DNA from: Ginglymostoma cirratum | Taxonomy: Eukaryota | DNA length: 64,000 nucleotides | Reading direction: 5' to 3' | NCBI GenBank assembly: GCA_024137785.1 | Contig: JAHRHZ010000035.1 | Location: 19,402,846-19,466,845 of the forward strand | In this document: piece by piece, positions 12,835 to 23,630 of the stretch | How positions within the stretch are numbered: the stretch's first letter is position 1 | Layout: every line of letters begins with the position of its first letter | Position numbers and translations under genes: made by a program | The notes under the pieces: generated by a model | What the model was told of the DNA's origin: nothing | The model's input: only the letters and a program-made list of their open reading frames with translations | Databases searched by the model: none

Positions 12835-13800
12835 GGTTAAATGTGGGAGTTAGACGTGTGGGTGCATTTGGGGGAGTTGGTGGTGTGGGGTAAATGGAGA
12901 GATAGCAGGTGTGGGCATAAATGGGGGAATTTGGGGTGTGTGGGTAAATGGGTGAGATATGGGTGTGGGGGTAAATCGTGGGTGTTAGAAGGATCTGGGG
13001 GTAAATGAGGGTGTTAGAGGATTTGGGGGGCAAATGAGGGCTGTTACAGAGAGTGTGGGAGTAAATGGAAGGGAGATAGAGGAGGTGTGGGGTAAATGGG
13101 GGAATTTGGGGTATGGGTGTAAATGAGGGGTTAGGAGGATGTGGGATAAATGGGTGTGCTAGGACGGTGTGGGGGTAAATTGGGGGAGTTAGGTGGTGTG
13201 GGGGTGAATGGAGGTGTTAGGAGAGTGTGGTGGTAAATGGCAGATTGAGGGTGTAGGGGTAAATGGGGTCATTAGGAGATGTGGGGTAAATATGGTGGGG
13301 TTGGGGGTGTGGGAGTGAGCGAGTGTGGGGGTAAATGTGGGCATTGGAGAGTGTGGGGGTAAATGAGGTGAGGTTGGGGGTGTTGGGGGAAATGTGGGCA
13401 TTAGGGGGTGTGGGGGTAAATGGGGTGAGGGTAGGGGTGTGAGGGGAAATGTGGGTGTTAGGGGTTGTGGGGGGTAATGTGGGCATTAGGGGTAAATGGG
13501 GTGATGTTGGGGGTGTGGGGGGAAATGTGGGCATTAGGGGGTGTGGGGTTAAAAGGGGTGGGTTGGGGGTGTGGGGGAAATGTGGGCATTAGGGGGTTTG
13601 GGGGTAAATGGAGTGAGGTTAGGGGTGTGGGGGGAAATGTGGGCATTAGGGGTTGTGGAGGGAAATGTGGGCATTAGGGGTAAATGGGGTGATGTTGGGG
13701 GTGTGGGGGGAAATGGGGTGAGGTTAGGGGTGTGGGGGAAATGTGGGCATTAGGGGATGTGGTGTTGAGGGTGTGGGGGGAAATGGGGTAGAGTTAGGCT
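12835..13800 (+). repeat. G-rich satellite of ~28-bp subunits forming a ~56-bp dimer; G-quadruplex-prone
   Basis: Repeated ggggaaatgtgggcattagggggtgtgggggtaaatggggtgagg; dense G3-G6 runs. Confidence 0.9.
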
Positions 13801-13939
13801 GATGGTAAGGTTAAGATGTGATACTGAAAATGGCTGCCTGGAACTTGGGGTTCTCATGAACTGCACATTCCATTTAATGAATGTGAAAATTTGCATCAAT
13901 TCATGTAAATCTAGCAGCTGTCATGATGTGTTAATGTTA

Positions 13940-14360
13940 AGCGTGGTAGAGGTAGAAACCGTCATGACATTTAAGAAATATTTAGAAGTGCACTTGCACT
14001 GCCAAGGCTTACTAGGCTATGGGCGAAGTGCTGGAAAATGGATCGAAATAGTTAGGTGGTTGTTTTTGACCAAAGAAATAACTGCACAGAAGCCAGTGTT
14101 CCATCACCAAGTCAACCTTTATTTACTGACCACATGTGCACATTACATGGTCTGTGACCAGCCAGCTCAAAGCCAGTCCCTAGAATAAGAAGACTTTCCG
14201 AATGTCCTGTTTATATGTGTCAGCCGTGATTCCCTGATTGGCCCAGCTTAACAACCCCAAATGAAAGATCTCATAGTCAATGGCCTTCGTTCCAATCACT
14301 CCAACCGACATGAATGTGATGGGCCGAGGGGCATTTCTCTGTGAAGATCTCTATGACTCT
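13940..14360 (+). mobile_element. CR1 3' tail split by a solo LTR
   Basis: VVEVETVMTFKKYLEVHL..QGLLGYGRSAGKW; the tail resumes at 14304 with gatgggccgagggg...ctatgactct. Confidence 0.75.
14072..14303 (-). mobile_element. Solo LTR, same family as 53684-53908
   Basis: Shares tcaccaagtca.cctttatttac, tttatat.tgtcagcc and ctcata with the 53684 LTR; AATAAA on the minus strand. Confidence 0.7.
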
Positions 14361-14834
14361 GAATTTATCAGATCTAGATTTTTTTGAGAGTCTAATGTAC
14401 CTTATGCAGTGATGCTGTATTCCACCCTTAACAATGTCCTTTGTACTGACTCAAATTCCACAACTGCTGTTTTATATCATTTGATGATTCTTCACTTGCT
14501 TCCACAATAAATATCTCTCCTCAAAGTTCATCATATGAAGTATGAAGTTAGTTCCTTAAATAGAATTCAGATGATGCGGGAAGTAGTCAGCAGTTCTGAT
14601 AACGTCTGTGGACATTAAAATAGATATTCATTCAGATTCATGCTTCCTAATCAGATCAAAGGCAACTTAAGGACTGAGTAAAAGGTGGAAAGAACAGAGT
14701 GGGAGGACTTGCATAGTATAAACTAAAGCAAAAGATTAAGTCACTGAAAGGATTGTTGTACAGTGTAAAAGGAAACATAAATTTGTGCTCAAGGGAAGTG
14801 GAAAGGACGAAACAGAGGAGATCACTGGAGAGAT

Positions 14835-15160
14835 CCCTGAAAATGTTTAAAGCATTTCCCATATCATGTAAGTGCCCTCTTGTCAGAGACAGATGTAGAT
14901 GATGGAACTCATCATTGCCTCCAATGTGCCAGCTCAGGTTTCAGCTGACTCAGGAGAAGAGTATTTGAAGATCAGGACCTCAAACCTGAAACAAAGGTCA
15001 CGGTTGAGTGGGCAGCAGAGATCTCAAGCTGCTATATGTTTCAGAGACTTGGATGACCTAGACATACTGGAAAAGTATGACAGAGCTCCCTTTACAAGAT
15101 CCTCCACATCCAGTGCCAAGAAAAAGGGTAACAACAGTGTCCTCTCACAAATAGAACTAT
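14835..15160 (+). mobile_element. RTE-clade LINE fragment
   Basis: HFPY..ETDVDDGTHHCLQCASSGFS*LRRRVFEDQDLKPETK...SETW...YKILHIQ...NNSVLSQ. Confidence 0.8.
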
Positions 15161-15164
15161 TGCT

Positions 15165-15430
15165 TTGGGAGTCTGGTGTCAGACGCACTAATGTCATGTC
15201 CTGTGGAGTTGGTTTTAAGTAATTCATATCTCGATGCTGGGCATGATGGCTTGAGTGAGTCACGTGGGGACCATTGTCAACTGGTATACTGCGACCTTAA
15301 CCTTGGGTTTGAAACTCCGATCCTCACAAACCACTATCCTCAGTCAGCTGATAGCTGAGTGGAACATTGGAGGCAGTGTTGAATTTCATTGTCTATGTCT
15401 GCTTTTGTCAGCAGGAAAGTGCTCGCCTCC
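15165..15430 (-). mobile_element. RTE-clade LINE fragment
   Basis: Reverse strand reads LLTKADIDNEIQHCLQC...EDRSFKPKVKVAVYQ. Confidence 0.7.
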
Positions 15431-15594
15431 ATGGTGGGGAGGACCAACCTGAACTGGATGATGGCTTTGCAGAATATCTGTATTCAGTTTGCAGATTTAT
15501 CTCTGAGCTCCCAGTTACTTGTCATTGTCATTGTTTACTGCAGGTGCACTCTGTCCACTGCCTCCTACACTGTTTGAATTCACCTTCTTTTGTC

Positions 15595-15935
15595 ATTCAT
15601 GAAATATGGGTGTTGCTGACTGGGCCAGCATTTATTCCCCTTCCATTAACAGTGAGCAGCCTTTTTGAAGTGATACACCTACAGAGATGTTTGAAACGGA
15701 GTTCCAGGATTTTAACTCAGAGACTTTGAAGGAATGGTCATTTATTTCTATGAGTTGTTTGGAGGGGGATATGTAAGCAGTGGTGTTCCTAAAGAACAGC
15801 TGCCCTTGTCGTTCTAGATGGTAGTGTTCTTGGTGAACCTTGGTGAGTTACTGAAGTGCACTTTGTATATGGTACTCACTGCTGACCCTGTGAATGTTGA
15901 AGGTGGTGGATGGGGCATTAATCAATTGGGCTCCT
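15595..15935 (-). mobile_element. 3' end of a LINE (CR1/L2 group) whose tail is shared with the 38777-type SINE
   Basis: Reverse strand has ccatccaccaccttcaacattc...aaaatcctggaactcc...aataaatgctggcccag; the SINE copies end in the same tail. Confidence 0.65.
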
Positions 15936-15941
15936 TGAAGA

Positions 15942-15981
15942 AGGGTTCTGAAGAAGGGTCTAGGCCCGAAACGTCAGCCTT
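15942..15981 (+). ncRNA. Minimal type-I hammerhead ribozyme motif
   Basis: CUGAAGA 15948-15954, extra A, stem II GGGU/GCCC with CUAG loop, GAAA, CG, UC (GUC triplet, predicted cut after 15975); 6-bp stem I AGGGUU/AGCCUU. Confidence 0.6.
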
Positions 15982-16074
15982 CCTGCTCCTCTGATGCTGC
16001 TTGGCCTGCTGTGTTCATCCAGCTCTACACCTTGTTATCTCAGATTCTCCAGCATCTGCAGTTCCTGCTATCTC
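15942..16074 (+). mobile_element. Penelope terminal repeat (single arm plus 34-nt tail)
   Basis: ctgaagaagggtctaggcccgaaacgtcag...gttatct followed by cagattctccagcatctgcagttcctgctatctc. Confidence 0.85.
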
Positions 16075-16075
16075 T

Positions 16076-16445
16076 AACACACCTTTCATTGAGTCACTTG
16101 ACAGCTTTGTGAACTCAATTCTGAATTCAACAATTTCCAATCATGGCCTTTCATTTTAGAGTACACACATCTCTTTCTTTATTTTATCCTGTTACCAACT
16201 GTTGCCAAATCTCTCTTACCTGCCACCTATCAACAGATCTCACATTTTATTCTGTCCTGCAAACTTAGCACCTTTCCCTCCCCTGTTTAAGAGTTGTTGC
16301 ATCTTATGCGAGGCCAGTTGCAACAAACAGTCATTCACCTGAAATTTTAACACTTCCCTCTGGCCACAGCTGCTGTCAGAGTTGTAATATACTTCCTGCA
16401 TTCTGGTTTTAACATTTCAAATTTCCAGCATCCACACAACTTCTG
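16076..16445 (+). mobile_element. Old Penelope 3' end (endonuclease C-terminus, 3' UTR, terminal arm)
   Basis: ctcaattctgaattcaacaatttc encodes LNSEFNNF, like the Penelope C-terminal LNIEFNNF; arm remnant at 16330-16440. Confidence 0.6.
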
Positions 16446-16502
16446 TCAACTGAAAATTTACTGGAGATGCTGAGCTCAGGGCCATTGCTGTGGGGGAATT
16501 TT

Positions 16503-16970
16503 CATGGAATCATAGAATCCTTTCAGTGCATAGTGGTTTTATGACTGGTCTATTAATTCAGAAAGCCAGATAATGTGCTGGTTCGAATCCTGCCATGGCA
16601 GATGGTAGAATTAGAACTCAATTTTAAAAATCTGGGATTAAGAGTCGAATGATGACCATGAATCCTTTGTCAATTATCAGGAAAAACCCATCTGGTTCAC
16701 TAATGTCCTTTAGGGAAGGAAACTGCCATCCTTTCCTGGTCTGGCCTACATGTGACTCCAGATCTGCTGCAATGTGGTTGAATCCGAACTGCCATTGGGC
16801 AATAATTGGTGGCCTAGCCAATGATGCCCTCGTCCCGTGAATGAATAAATAAGATTAGAGGCCATTTGGCCTATCGTGTCATCTCAGATGCTCCAAACAG
16901 CATCCTATTCCATCCCCACAACTCCACATTTACCACAGCTAACCCACCTATCCTGCACACTATGTAATTA
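16503..16970 (-). mobile_element. HE1-type SINE 3' part, split by the 16530-16850 SINE
   Basis: atcatagaatcc tail at ~16508; ggccatttggcc...ctaacccacctatcctgcacact resumes after 16850. Confidence 0.55.
16530..16850 (+). mobile_element. tRNA-derived SINE (38777 family)
   Basis: B box ggttcgaatcc, body aaaacccatctggttcactaatgtcctttagggaaggaaa, tail gaatgaataaa. Confidence 0.85.
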
Positions 16971-18087
16971 GCAGGTGGCTCTGGAGTTGTCACACACTGA
17001 CTACTGAACTATAATTCCATTAAAAGAGAAAGGTAATGGGAAGTGTAGTTTTCCAAAACCAGCATATTTTGAATGTTTTGCACACTTTCAAATTGTTGCA
17101 AAGACTACTCATGCTCAGGTAGCAGCATTCATTTCTGTGCAGTACCTGTGAAATCAGTTGGTGAGGAATGATACAAGTAACAGTTTGTTGGAGTGGCCCA
17201 TTGCCACCTCCTTCATTTGTCAGGTGCTGTGTTTCACCAGTGTGCAATCTTCAAACTGACTGACTACGTTGTCTAGGGTGGACATACAGTAAATGGAATC
17301 AGTCATGTAAGGCATTGTGTGGCATTAGGTTCTTCAGCGGAATGGGCAGCTGCTCAAGTTTTTGGGATTGGGAGGGAAGGCGCCATATCTCGAATAATGG
17401 AAACACCTTTCAAGCACAGGCTACTCAGTGATAAACTCTGGCCTAGGAATCTCAATTCCTCTGATCATCCTGCCCCTTCTCCCAAAGGTACAGGCCTGAT
17501 CTGCCCATTACATTGTCACCAGGGAGGGGAAAAGCACCAGTCCTACCAGCGATTAGTCCACTAGCTGTACCTTCAACCCTGCCTTGTTCCGTTATGTTAG
17601 TGGCCTGTTCTCCATTGTGGAGGCTTCTGCCACAAATAAAGGCTACCCTCATTCTGGGTCCACTTCCTGTGTGAATAAGCAGCAGGGGTTTTCACACCCT
17701 TGTGTCATTTTTGTCAACAAGCTTTCTCCCAGTATTGTGTGTGAATAAAATCTTCGCTTGAAATCAAGTCTTTTAGACATGCTGCTGTATAAGAAATCCT
17801 ACTCTCCCTCAGCAGTGAGTGTCTGCCAGGCAGCAGTCCAGTTTCAGGCTGGGAGAAGGCCAGAGATAAATTATTGGTGTGACCCTGGAATGTCAAGAGG
17901 GGTCGAAAGCTATTCTTTTGTGCAAGCCATAGATCTGTAAAGCGTAATGTGATGCCTTGGATTATCCAATTAACTCTTGCAAGTGCCCCTTATGTTTTAC
18001 CTTTGTTTCAAAGTTTCGATCTTGAATCGTGAACAGACTGGAAAATGCAAACTGCTAACCATAATGACAGATTGCATGGAGAAACAA

Positions 18088-18103
18088 CAGCACCCTCTGG
18101 AGG
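18088..18103 (-). promoter_or_regulatory. CTCF-like motif
   Basis: Minus strand CCTCCAGAGGGTGCTG resembles the CTCF core CCASYAGRKGGCRS; lies in non-repetitive DNA; motif match only. Confidence 0.25.
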
Positions 18104-18189
18104 TTAAACTATTCAATGTTGCCCACAGCCGTTATAAACACGGCTGCAGAGAATATATTACGGACGAGTTAAGTTTATAATTTCTTTTT

Positions 18190-18480
18190 CTTTTAATGGA
18201 TGTGGGTTTCACTGGCATTTATTGCCCATTCCTAATTGCCCTTGAGGAGTCGGTGGTGAGTTGCCTTCCTGAACCATCATCGTCCATTTGTTGTAGGCAT
18301 TTCCTGTTAGGAAGGGATAGTAAGAACTGCCAATGCTGGAGTCAGAGATAACACAGTGTGGAGCTGGAGGAACACAGCAAGCCAGGCAGTATCAGAGGAG
18401 CAGGAAAGCTGATGTTTTGGGTTGGGACCCTTCTTCAGAAAGGTCCTGTTAAGAAGGGACTTTCAGGATTTTGAACCCCT
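18190..18480 (-). mobile_element. LINE tail (same family as 15595) carrying a Penelope insertion
   Basis: ggcatttattgcccattcctaattgcccttgag...caggattttga. Confidence 0.65.
18318..18443 (-). mobile_element. Penelope terminal arm with decayed hammerhead core
   Basis: TSD tcctgtta(g/a)gaaggga at 18302-18317 and 18444-18459 (15/16); minus strand CTGAAGAAGGGTCCCAACCCAAAACATC. Confidence 0.85.
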
Positions 18481-18589
18481 CACGATGAAGGCCTAGGCTG
18501 ATGCTAGGGGAGGTTACATTGGTTTTCATTCCTTATTGACTTTTCTGCAGCTGTTTGACAAAATTAAGTGGTTTCCTCAGCTACATGTA

Positions 18590-18840
18590 GGCAGGTAGGA
18601 GTGAACTACATTGCTGTGGGTCTGGAGTCACATCCAGGCCAGACCAGGTAATGAGGGCAGATTTCCTTCCTTAAAAGAACGACACCGGTGATGCAGATGT
18701 CATTTTTTATGACACTCAACAAGTTTCACGTTGGGACTGGCTTTTAATTCAGACATTTCAATTAGTTAAATATAAATTCCACAAGTGGCTAACATGGATG
18801 ATCTCACCAGATTTAAGGATTACCAGCCAGCAATGAGAAT
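18590..18840 (-). mobile_element. tRNA-derived SINE (38777 family), degraded
   Basis: cattgctgtgggtctggagtcacat...ccagaccaggtaa...ttccttcctta. Confidence 0.7.
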
Positions 18841-19409
18841 CCATCACTTGCTACGAATTGATCTATTGAGCTACTTAGAAATATTTAGTATAATGCTATG
18901 CCTCCTTACAGTTGCTTGCATTTAAGTCTATTCAGAATTCAATAAGTTGCTTCAAGTTTATAGTAACCTGAACTCCTGCCTACTGCTGCCATTCTGTACT
19001 GAGCTTTACAGCTCTTGGCTTTACTCTCTTGCTTTAATAGCTTCCTGATTGAAATATGCTTTGTCTTGGGCAACCATCCAGTTAATATTTTTGCCTTATG
19101 TAGGATTTTCTGTGACCAACACATTCATCACCACTTTTCATCTTGACTGAGCAGCCTCTATTCTCATACCTGTTCTGCATCAATCAGCTGACTCATTTGC
19201 ACCTCTGCTCCTAGCTTTTAATTCCATGATAATTCTTTGGATCCCATCTTGTTCTGGACTCTGTTCCATTCTAGCTGAATGACCTTTGCCTTCCTGCTTT
19301 CCACAAACATCCTTCAGAATCTACCAAAACCCCCTTTTCTCCAAAATCAATCAGATCCTGCCTTCCCTGTTTATTGTGCCTCCAAGAAGCAGGGAGAGGA
19401 TGTCCCTTG

Positions 19410-20000
19410 CACCCAAGATCCCTCTGTATATCAATGTTCCTGAGGGCCCTGCCATTTGCTGTTTACTTTCCTCTTGCATTAGACCTCCTAAAATGCATCA
19501 TCTCACACTTATCCAGATTAAACTCCATCTGCCATTTCTCTACCCAACTTTCCAATTGACCTGTATTCTGCTGTATCCTTCGATAACCTTCCTCACTATC
19601 CGCAATGCCACCAATTTTGATGTTGATTGCAAACTTACTAATAAGACCACCTATGTTTTCATCAAATCCAAATATATATTAGGTAGATTAGGTGGGTTAT
19701 AGGGGGATGGGTTTGCGTGAGTGCTCTGAGGGTCGGTGTGGACTTGTTGGGCCGAAGGGCCTGTTTCCACCCTGTAGGGATTCTATGATTAATTCTATGA
19801 TATTACAATATATAGTACAAGCAACAGGGGTCCCAGCACTGATCCTTGTGGACCCCCCACTAGTCATAGACCTCCAGTCAGAAAAACATCCCTCCACTAC
19901 TACCCTCTGTCTTCTATGACCAAGCCAATTTTGTATCCAACTTGTTACTCACCATGGATCCCATGCAACTCAATTTCCAGGACCAGCCTACCATGAGGGA
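19410..20000 (-). mobile_element. CR1 RT fragment with an HE1 3' fragment inserted at ~19680-19800
   Basis: [13 protein letters not shown] and related RT motifs; plus-strand HE1 tail gggtcggtgtggacttgttgggccgaagggcctgtttccac...ggattctatg. Confidence 0.85.
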
Positions 20001-20513
20001 CATCTTTGTTGCTGATTGTGTTCATTGATTCCTTTGCTTCTCTTTCTTCCATCCAGTCCCAGCTAGTTTCTTTTTTCTCCTTTTTTTTCTCATTATTCAC
20101 AGCAAGCCCTCTTTCACTTCATTCTGAAATGAAATCTGTGTGCTGTTTCCCTGACCACATATCCACTGCACTTCACAATGCCAGCTGAAATCCTGAGTAA
20201 TTCTCTTTCTGTAAGTACTCACCCCTTTCCAAACTGCTGTCCTCACTCCCCCCACCCCCACCCTACCTTATATCACCAACCCTTGATCCCCCTGATGTTG
20301 CAAACTGCTTGTTACTATTTGTCCAAGGGCAGTGGGTGTCACTGGCTGGGCCAGCATGTAATGCCCTGGAGAAGGTGGTACTGACCTGCCTCATTGAAAC
20401 CACTGCAGTCCTTAAGATGTGGGACACCCAAAGATTCTATCACAGCCTGTTGCAAATGTATGGCTTACTAGGCCATTCTAGAGGGCATTTAAGAGTCAAC
20501 CACATTATTGTAG

Positions 20514-20639
20514 GAACAAAAACAAAGATGCTGGAAAAACTCAGCAGGTCTGGCAGCATCTGTAGAGGAGAAAACAGAGTTAACGTTTCGGGTCCGGTGA
20601 TCCTTCCTCAGAACTGATGGTGGCTGGGAAAACATCAGT
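20514..20639 (-). mobile_element. Penelope terminal arm (second subfamily)
   Basis: 9-bp TSD ttattgtag at 20505-20513 and 20640-20648; arm closely similar to the 21845 element. Confidence 0.8.
20578..20615 (-). ncRNA. Minimal hammerhead ribozyme motif
   Basis: AGUU-CUGAGGA-A-GGAUC-ACCG-GACCC-GAAA-CG-UU-AACU: intact core, 4-bp stem I, one mismatch in stem II. Confidence 0.55.
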
Positions 20640-21844
20640 TTATTGTAGTCCTGGAGTTACATGTAAGTCAGACCAGTTAAGGATGACAGATATCCTTCCC
20701 TAAAGGACATTAGTGTATCTGATGGGCTTTTATGATAGTTGACTTTGAACTGAATCTTAGCATATTTTGTCAAAGTTTCATGTTCAGTGAGTTGCATGGA
20801 GGGTTTCTCTCTGCAAGGTTTAGCTAGTTCTTGTTCTACCCTCCTAACTGACCTTATTAACTACCCACCACACCCCTAGGGTACCCCTCACATCCAGTAC
20901 TAGTCCAATTCTCCCAATCGCTGTAACTAGACGTACTCTCCATTGTATGGTAACACGTCCACCCCCTTGACGATCACTGCTGACAACCAGGACTAACTGT
21001 TTGGCTTTGTGCCTACATTACAAGGCAAGTCAAGACAGATGGATGAAACTTTGAGCTAACAGGGCAAAGTGCAGAAAGTTAAGGCAAGACTGGGATCCTG
21101 TGATCATCCCGGACAGTGAGCACTAAGTGAGCAGCCCTGAGCTGCTGCCTGGTCCAAAGCATGAGCTACGTGCATGACCTTGCATACAAAATGTCCCTGC
21201 AGCAGCTTTCCAATGACAACTCCTGGTGTGCTCCAGAGTGCACTATTGAAGTGCAGAAGGATACTGTAAATGGATCGGAATTGTGTCACGAGAGTTTCGT
21301 GTTACATATCAGACGCCACTGTCCTTGGACAAAGAGTGGCCTGTAACCATGCAGTGCATCCTGAGGCATTGGTACTGGGTGTCCAAGATGGAAGTGTAAA
21401 AACACAAAGGGCACATTGGAGACGATGCAAAAAGTAGTAAAACAGGAGAGCAGATATTAATGAAGTGAGATTAAGCCATAATGAGGGTGATCATGAGCAA
21501 TGATCCATTTTAATAGACATCTCACTGCTCACTCATGAGAATCTCATCTCAACTTCTGGAATTTAGTTGGGAAGAGAGATATATTGCCTTTACTGTTTGG
21601 AAAGACCTCACTTGACTTCTCACATGATGTTTCCAATTTTTGTCTCCACTGTCCTTGTCTTTCATTATTGTAGAATTGATGTTAGATCAACCATGATGGT
21701 ATTGAATGGCAGAGCAGGCTCAAAGGACTGGGGGGCCTGCTGTTGTTTCAACTATTAGGTTAGCTTTTAATTCCAGATATTTATTGAATTGGAATTTCAC
21801 CGTCTGCCCAGGTGGGATTCAAACCCATATCCCCTCGAACATTA

Positions 21845-22363
21845 CAACAACAAAAACAAAGTTGCTGGAAAAGCCCAACAGGTCTGGCAGGATCTGTGAA
21901 GGGGAAAACAGAGTTAACATTTCGGGTTCGGTGACCCTTCCTCAGAATTCAGAAGTTCTGAGGAAGGGTCACCGGACCCAAAACATTAACTCTGTTTTCC
22001 CCTTCACAGATCCTGCCAGACCTGCTGAGCTTTTCCAGCNNNNNNNNNNNNNNNNNNNNNNNNNNNNNNNNNNNNNNNNNNNNNNNNNNNNNNNNNNNNN
22101 NNNNNNNNNNNNNNNNNNNNNNNNNNNNNNNNNNNNNNNGCTGGAAAAGCTCAGCAGGTCTGGCAGGATCTGTGAAGGGGAAAACAGAGTTAATGTTTTG
22201 GGTCCGGTGACCCTTCCTCAGAACTTCTGAATTCTGAGGAAGGGTCACCGAACCCGAAATGTTAACTCTGTTTTCCCCTTCACAGATCCTGCCAGACCTG
22301 TTGGGCTTTTCCAGCAACTTTGTTTTTGTTCCTGATTTACAGCATCCATAGTTCTTTTGGTTT
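21845..22363. mobile_element. Palindromic Penelope-derived element, probably assembled twice across a gap, inserted in a SINE head
   Basis: TSD tcccct(c/a)gaacatta at 21830-21844 and 22364-22378 (14/15); ~100-bp inverted arms; 21851-22039 is the reverse complement of 22140-22328. Confidence 0.85.
22040..22139. other. Assembly gap (100 N)
   Basis: Run of n. Confidence 1.
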
Positions 22364-23376
22364 TCCCCTAGAACATTAGCCTGGGATTTCTGGATTACTC
22401 GTCCAGTGACAATATCACCACAGTGTCTGCTGCCTTATTGCTAAATTCCTTTCCTTTCTGAAAGTGTTATCCAATTGGCTATCAGGATTATAACACATGG
22501 TGTAATATAAGATTTAAGCTGTCGATGGCCTAAATATCATGCAACAAGGATTCTTTATTCCACTGGCTTCAGGTCTTCATAAATGTGAAAGGAAGCTAAG
22601 GTTTAGCTCAGAAAATTGGGTATTTACATGGTACTAAGCCTGTAGTTCACATCCAGTTGAGGAATTCCTTTACCAGAAAGAGGTCTCCTGGAGAGAGGAA
22701 GAGACAGACAAAGATACCCTAGAGAGGATGCAGGACAGCTCAAGTTCCCCTGCTCAGTATCCTCCCTCACCATCATCATCTGCTGGAGACACAGGAAACA
22801 ATATTTACAGCTGGTTGACATGGCTCAAAATATGCTCAATATTGAGGCTTTTGTTTGTGCTTCATTATCATTCAGCTGACAAGATATACACGGCAGTAAT
22901 TTTAGCTTCTGCACAATTCTGCAGACTAAACTATTATTGAGGTAATCAAGAATATCCATCATCAAACATTTTAATATCAACCAATGCTTTAGTCTAAAGA
23001 CTGTCATTTAAAAATGTATCTCTATCTCTTCAGTCAATAGTGTGCAAAATCATCACATAAACATGGATAAGTTGTAACCCATTCACACATTTACCCTGCA
23101 ATTTATGAAAGTAAAACAGTTACAATGAATTTACACTTTCTTAAGTTTCCATCATGTTGTGCAAGTAGACATATGCTTAAAATATAAATATTGCTTTAAT
23201 CTGATGCAAGAACCAATTTTAATAAAATTAATTGTTTAACCTATGGCTCCAGTCAGCTGAGTGGGTGTGTCTCATTTTCATGAGGTGTGGTGCTGTCCCA
23301 TGTTGTACAGCTGATAAATGTTTATCTACCACAAATAATGAAAAAACACTGACTCAAAAATGAACACCATGCCAGA

Positions 23377-23630
23377 TGGCACAGTGGCTCAGTGGTTAGC
23401 ACTGCTGCCTCACTGTGCTAGGGACCTGAGTTTGAATCCACCTTTGGGTGTCTGTGTGGGTTTCCACCGGGTGCTCCGGTTTCCTCCCACAGTCCAAAGT
23501 TGTGCAGGTCAGGTGGATTGGCCATGATAAACCCAGGGTTGCAGGGATTGGATGGGTTTGGGTGGGATGCTCTTCGGAGGGTTCAATGGGCCAAATGGCC
23601 TGTTTCCACACTGTAGGGATTCTATGATTT
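23377..23630 (+). mobile_element. HE1 (V-SINE) copy
   Basis: ggcacagtggctcagtggttagcactgctgcctcac...gggtgctccggtttcctcccacagtccaaag...ctgtagggattctatg. Confidence 0.9.

Larger units (their letters stand above)
20330..20740 (-). mobile_element. SINE/LINE-tail element (38777 family) carrying a Penelope insertion
   Basis: ctggctgggccagcat...ttaagagtcaaccacatt, then ctggagttacatgtaagtcagaccag...ttccctaaaggacattagtg after the insertion. Confidence 0.7.

Noticed and set aside
12794-13753. Pro/Thr/His-rich and Gly/Val/Trp-rich ORFs
   Set aside because: Translations of the G-rich satellite.
13400-13760. Interstitial telomere
   Set aside because: TTAGGG occurs singly within longer units, never as tandem (TTAGGG)n.
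21845-22363. CRISPR-like array or DNA-transposon MITE
   Set aside because: Vertebrate context, no repeat-spacer periodicity, no cas genes; long variable-sequence TSDs and a one-sided tail argue against a MITE.
22660-22940. Possible host exon (two open frames, purine-rich)
   Set aside because: No recognisable protein family, no convincing splice pair and no partner exons.
23377-23450. tRNA genes at SINE heads
   Set aside because: A and B boxes run directly into SINE bodies; no complete cloverleaf.
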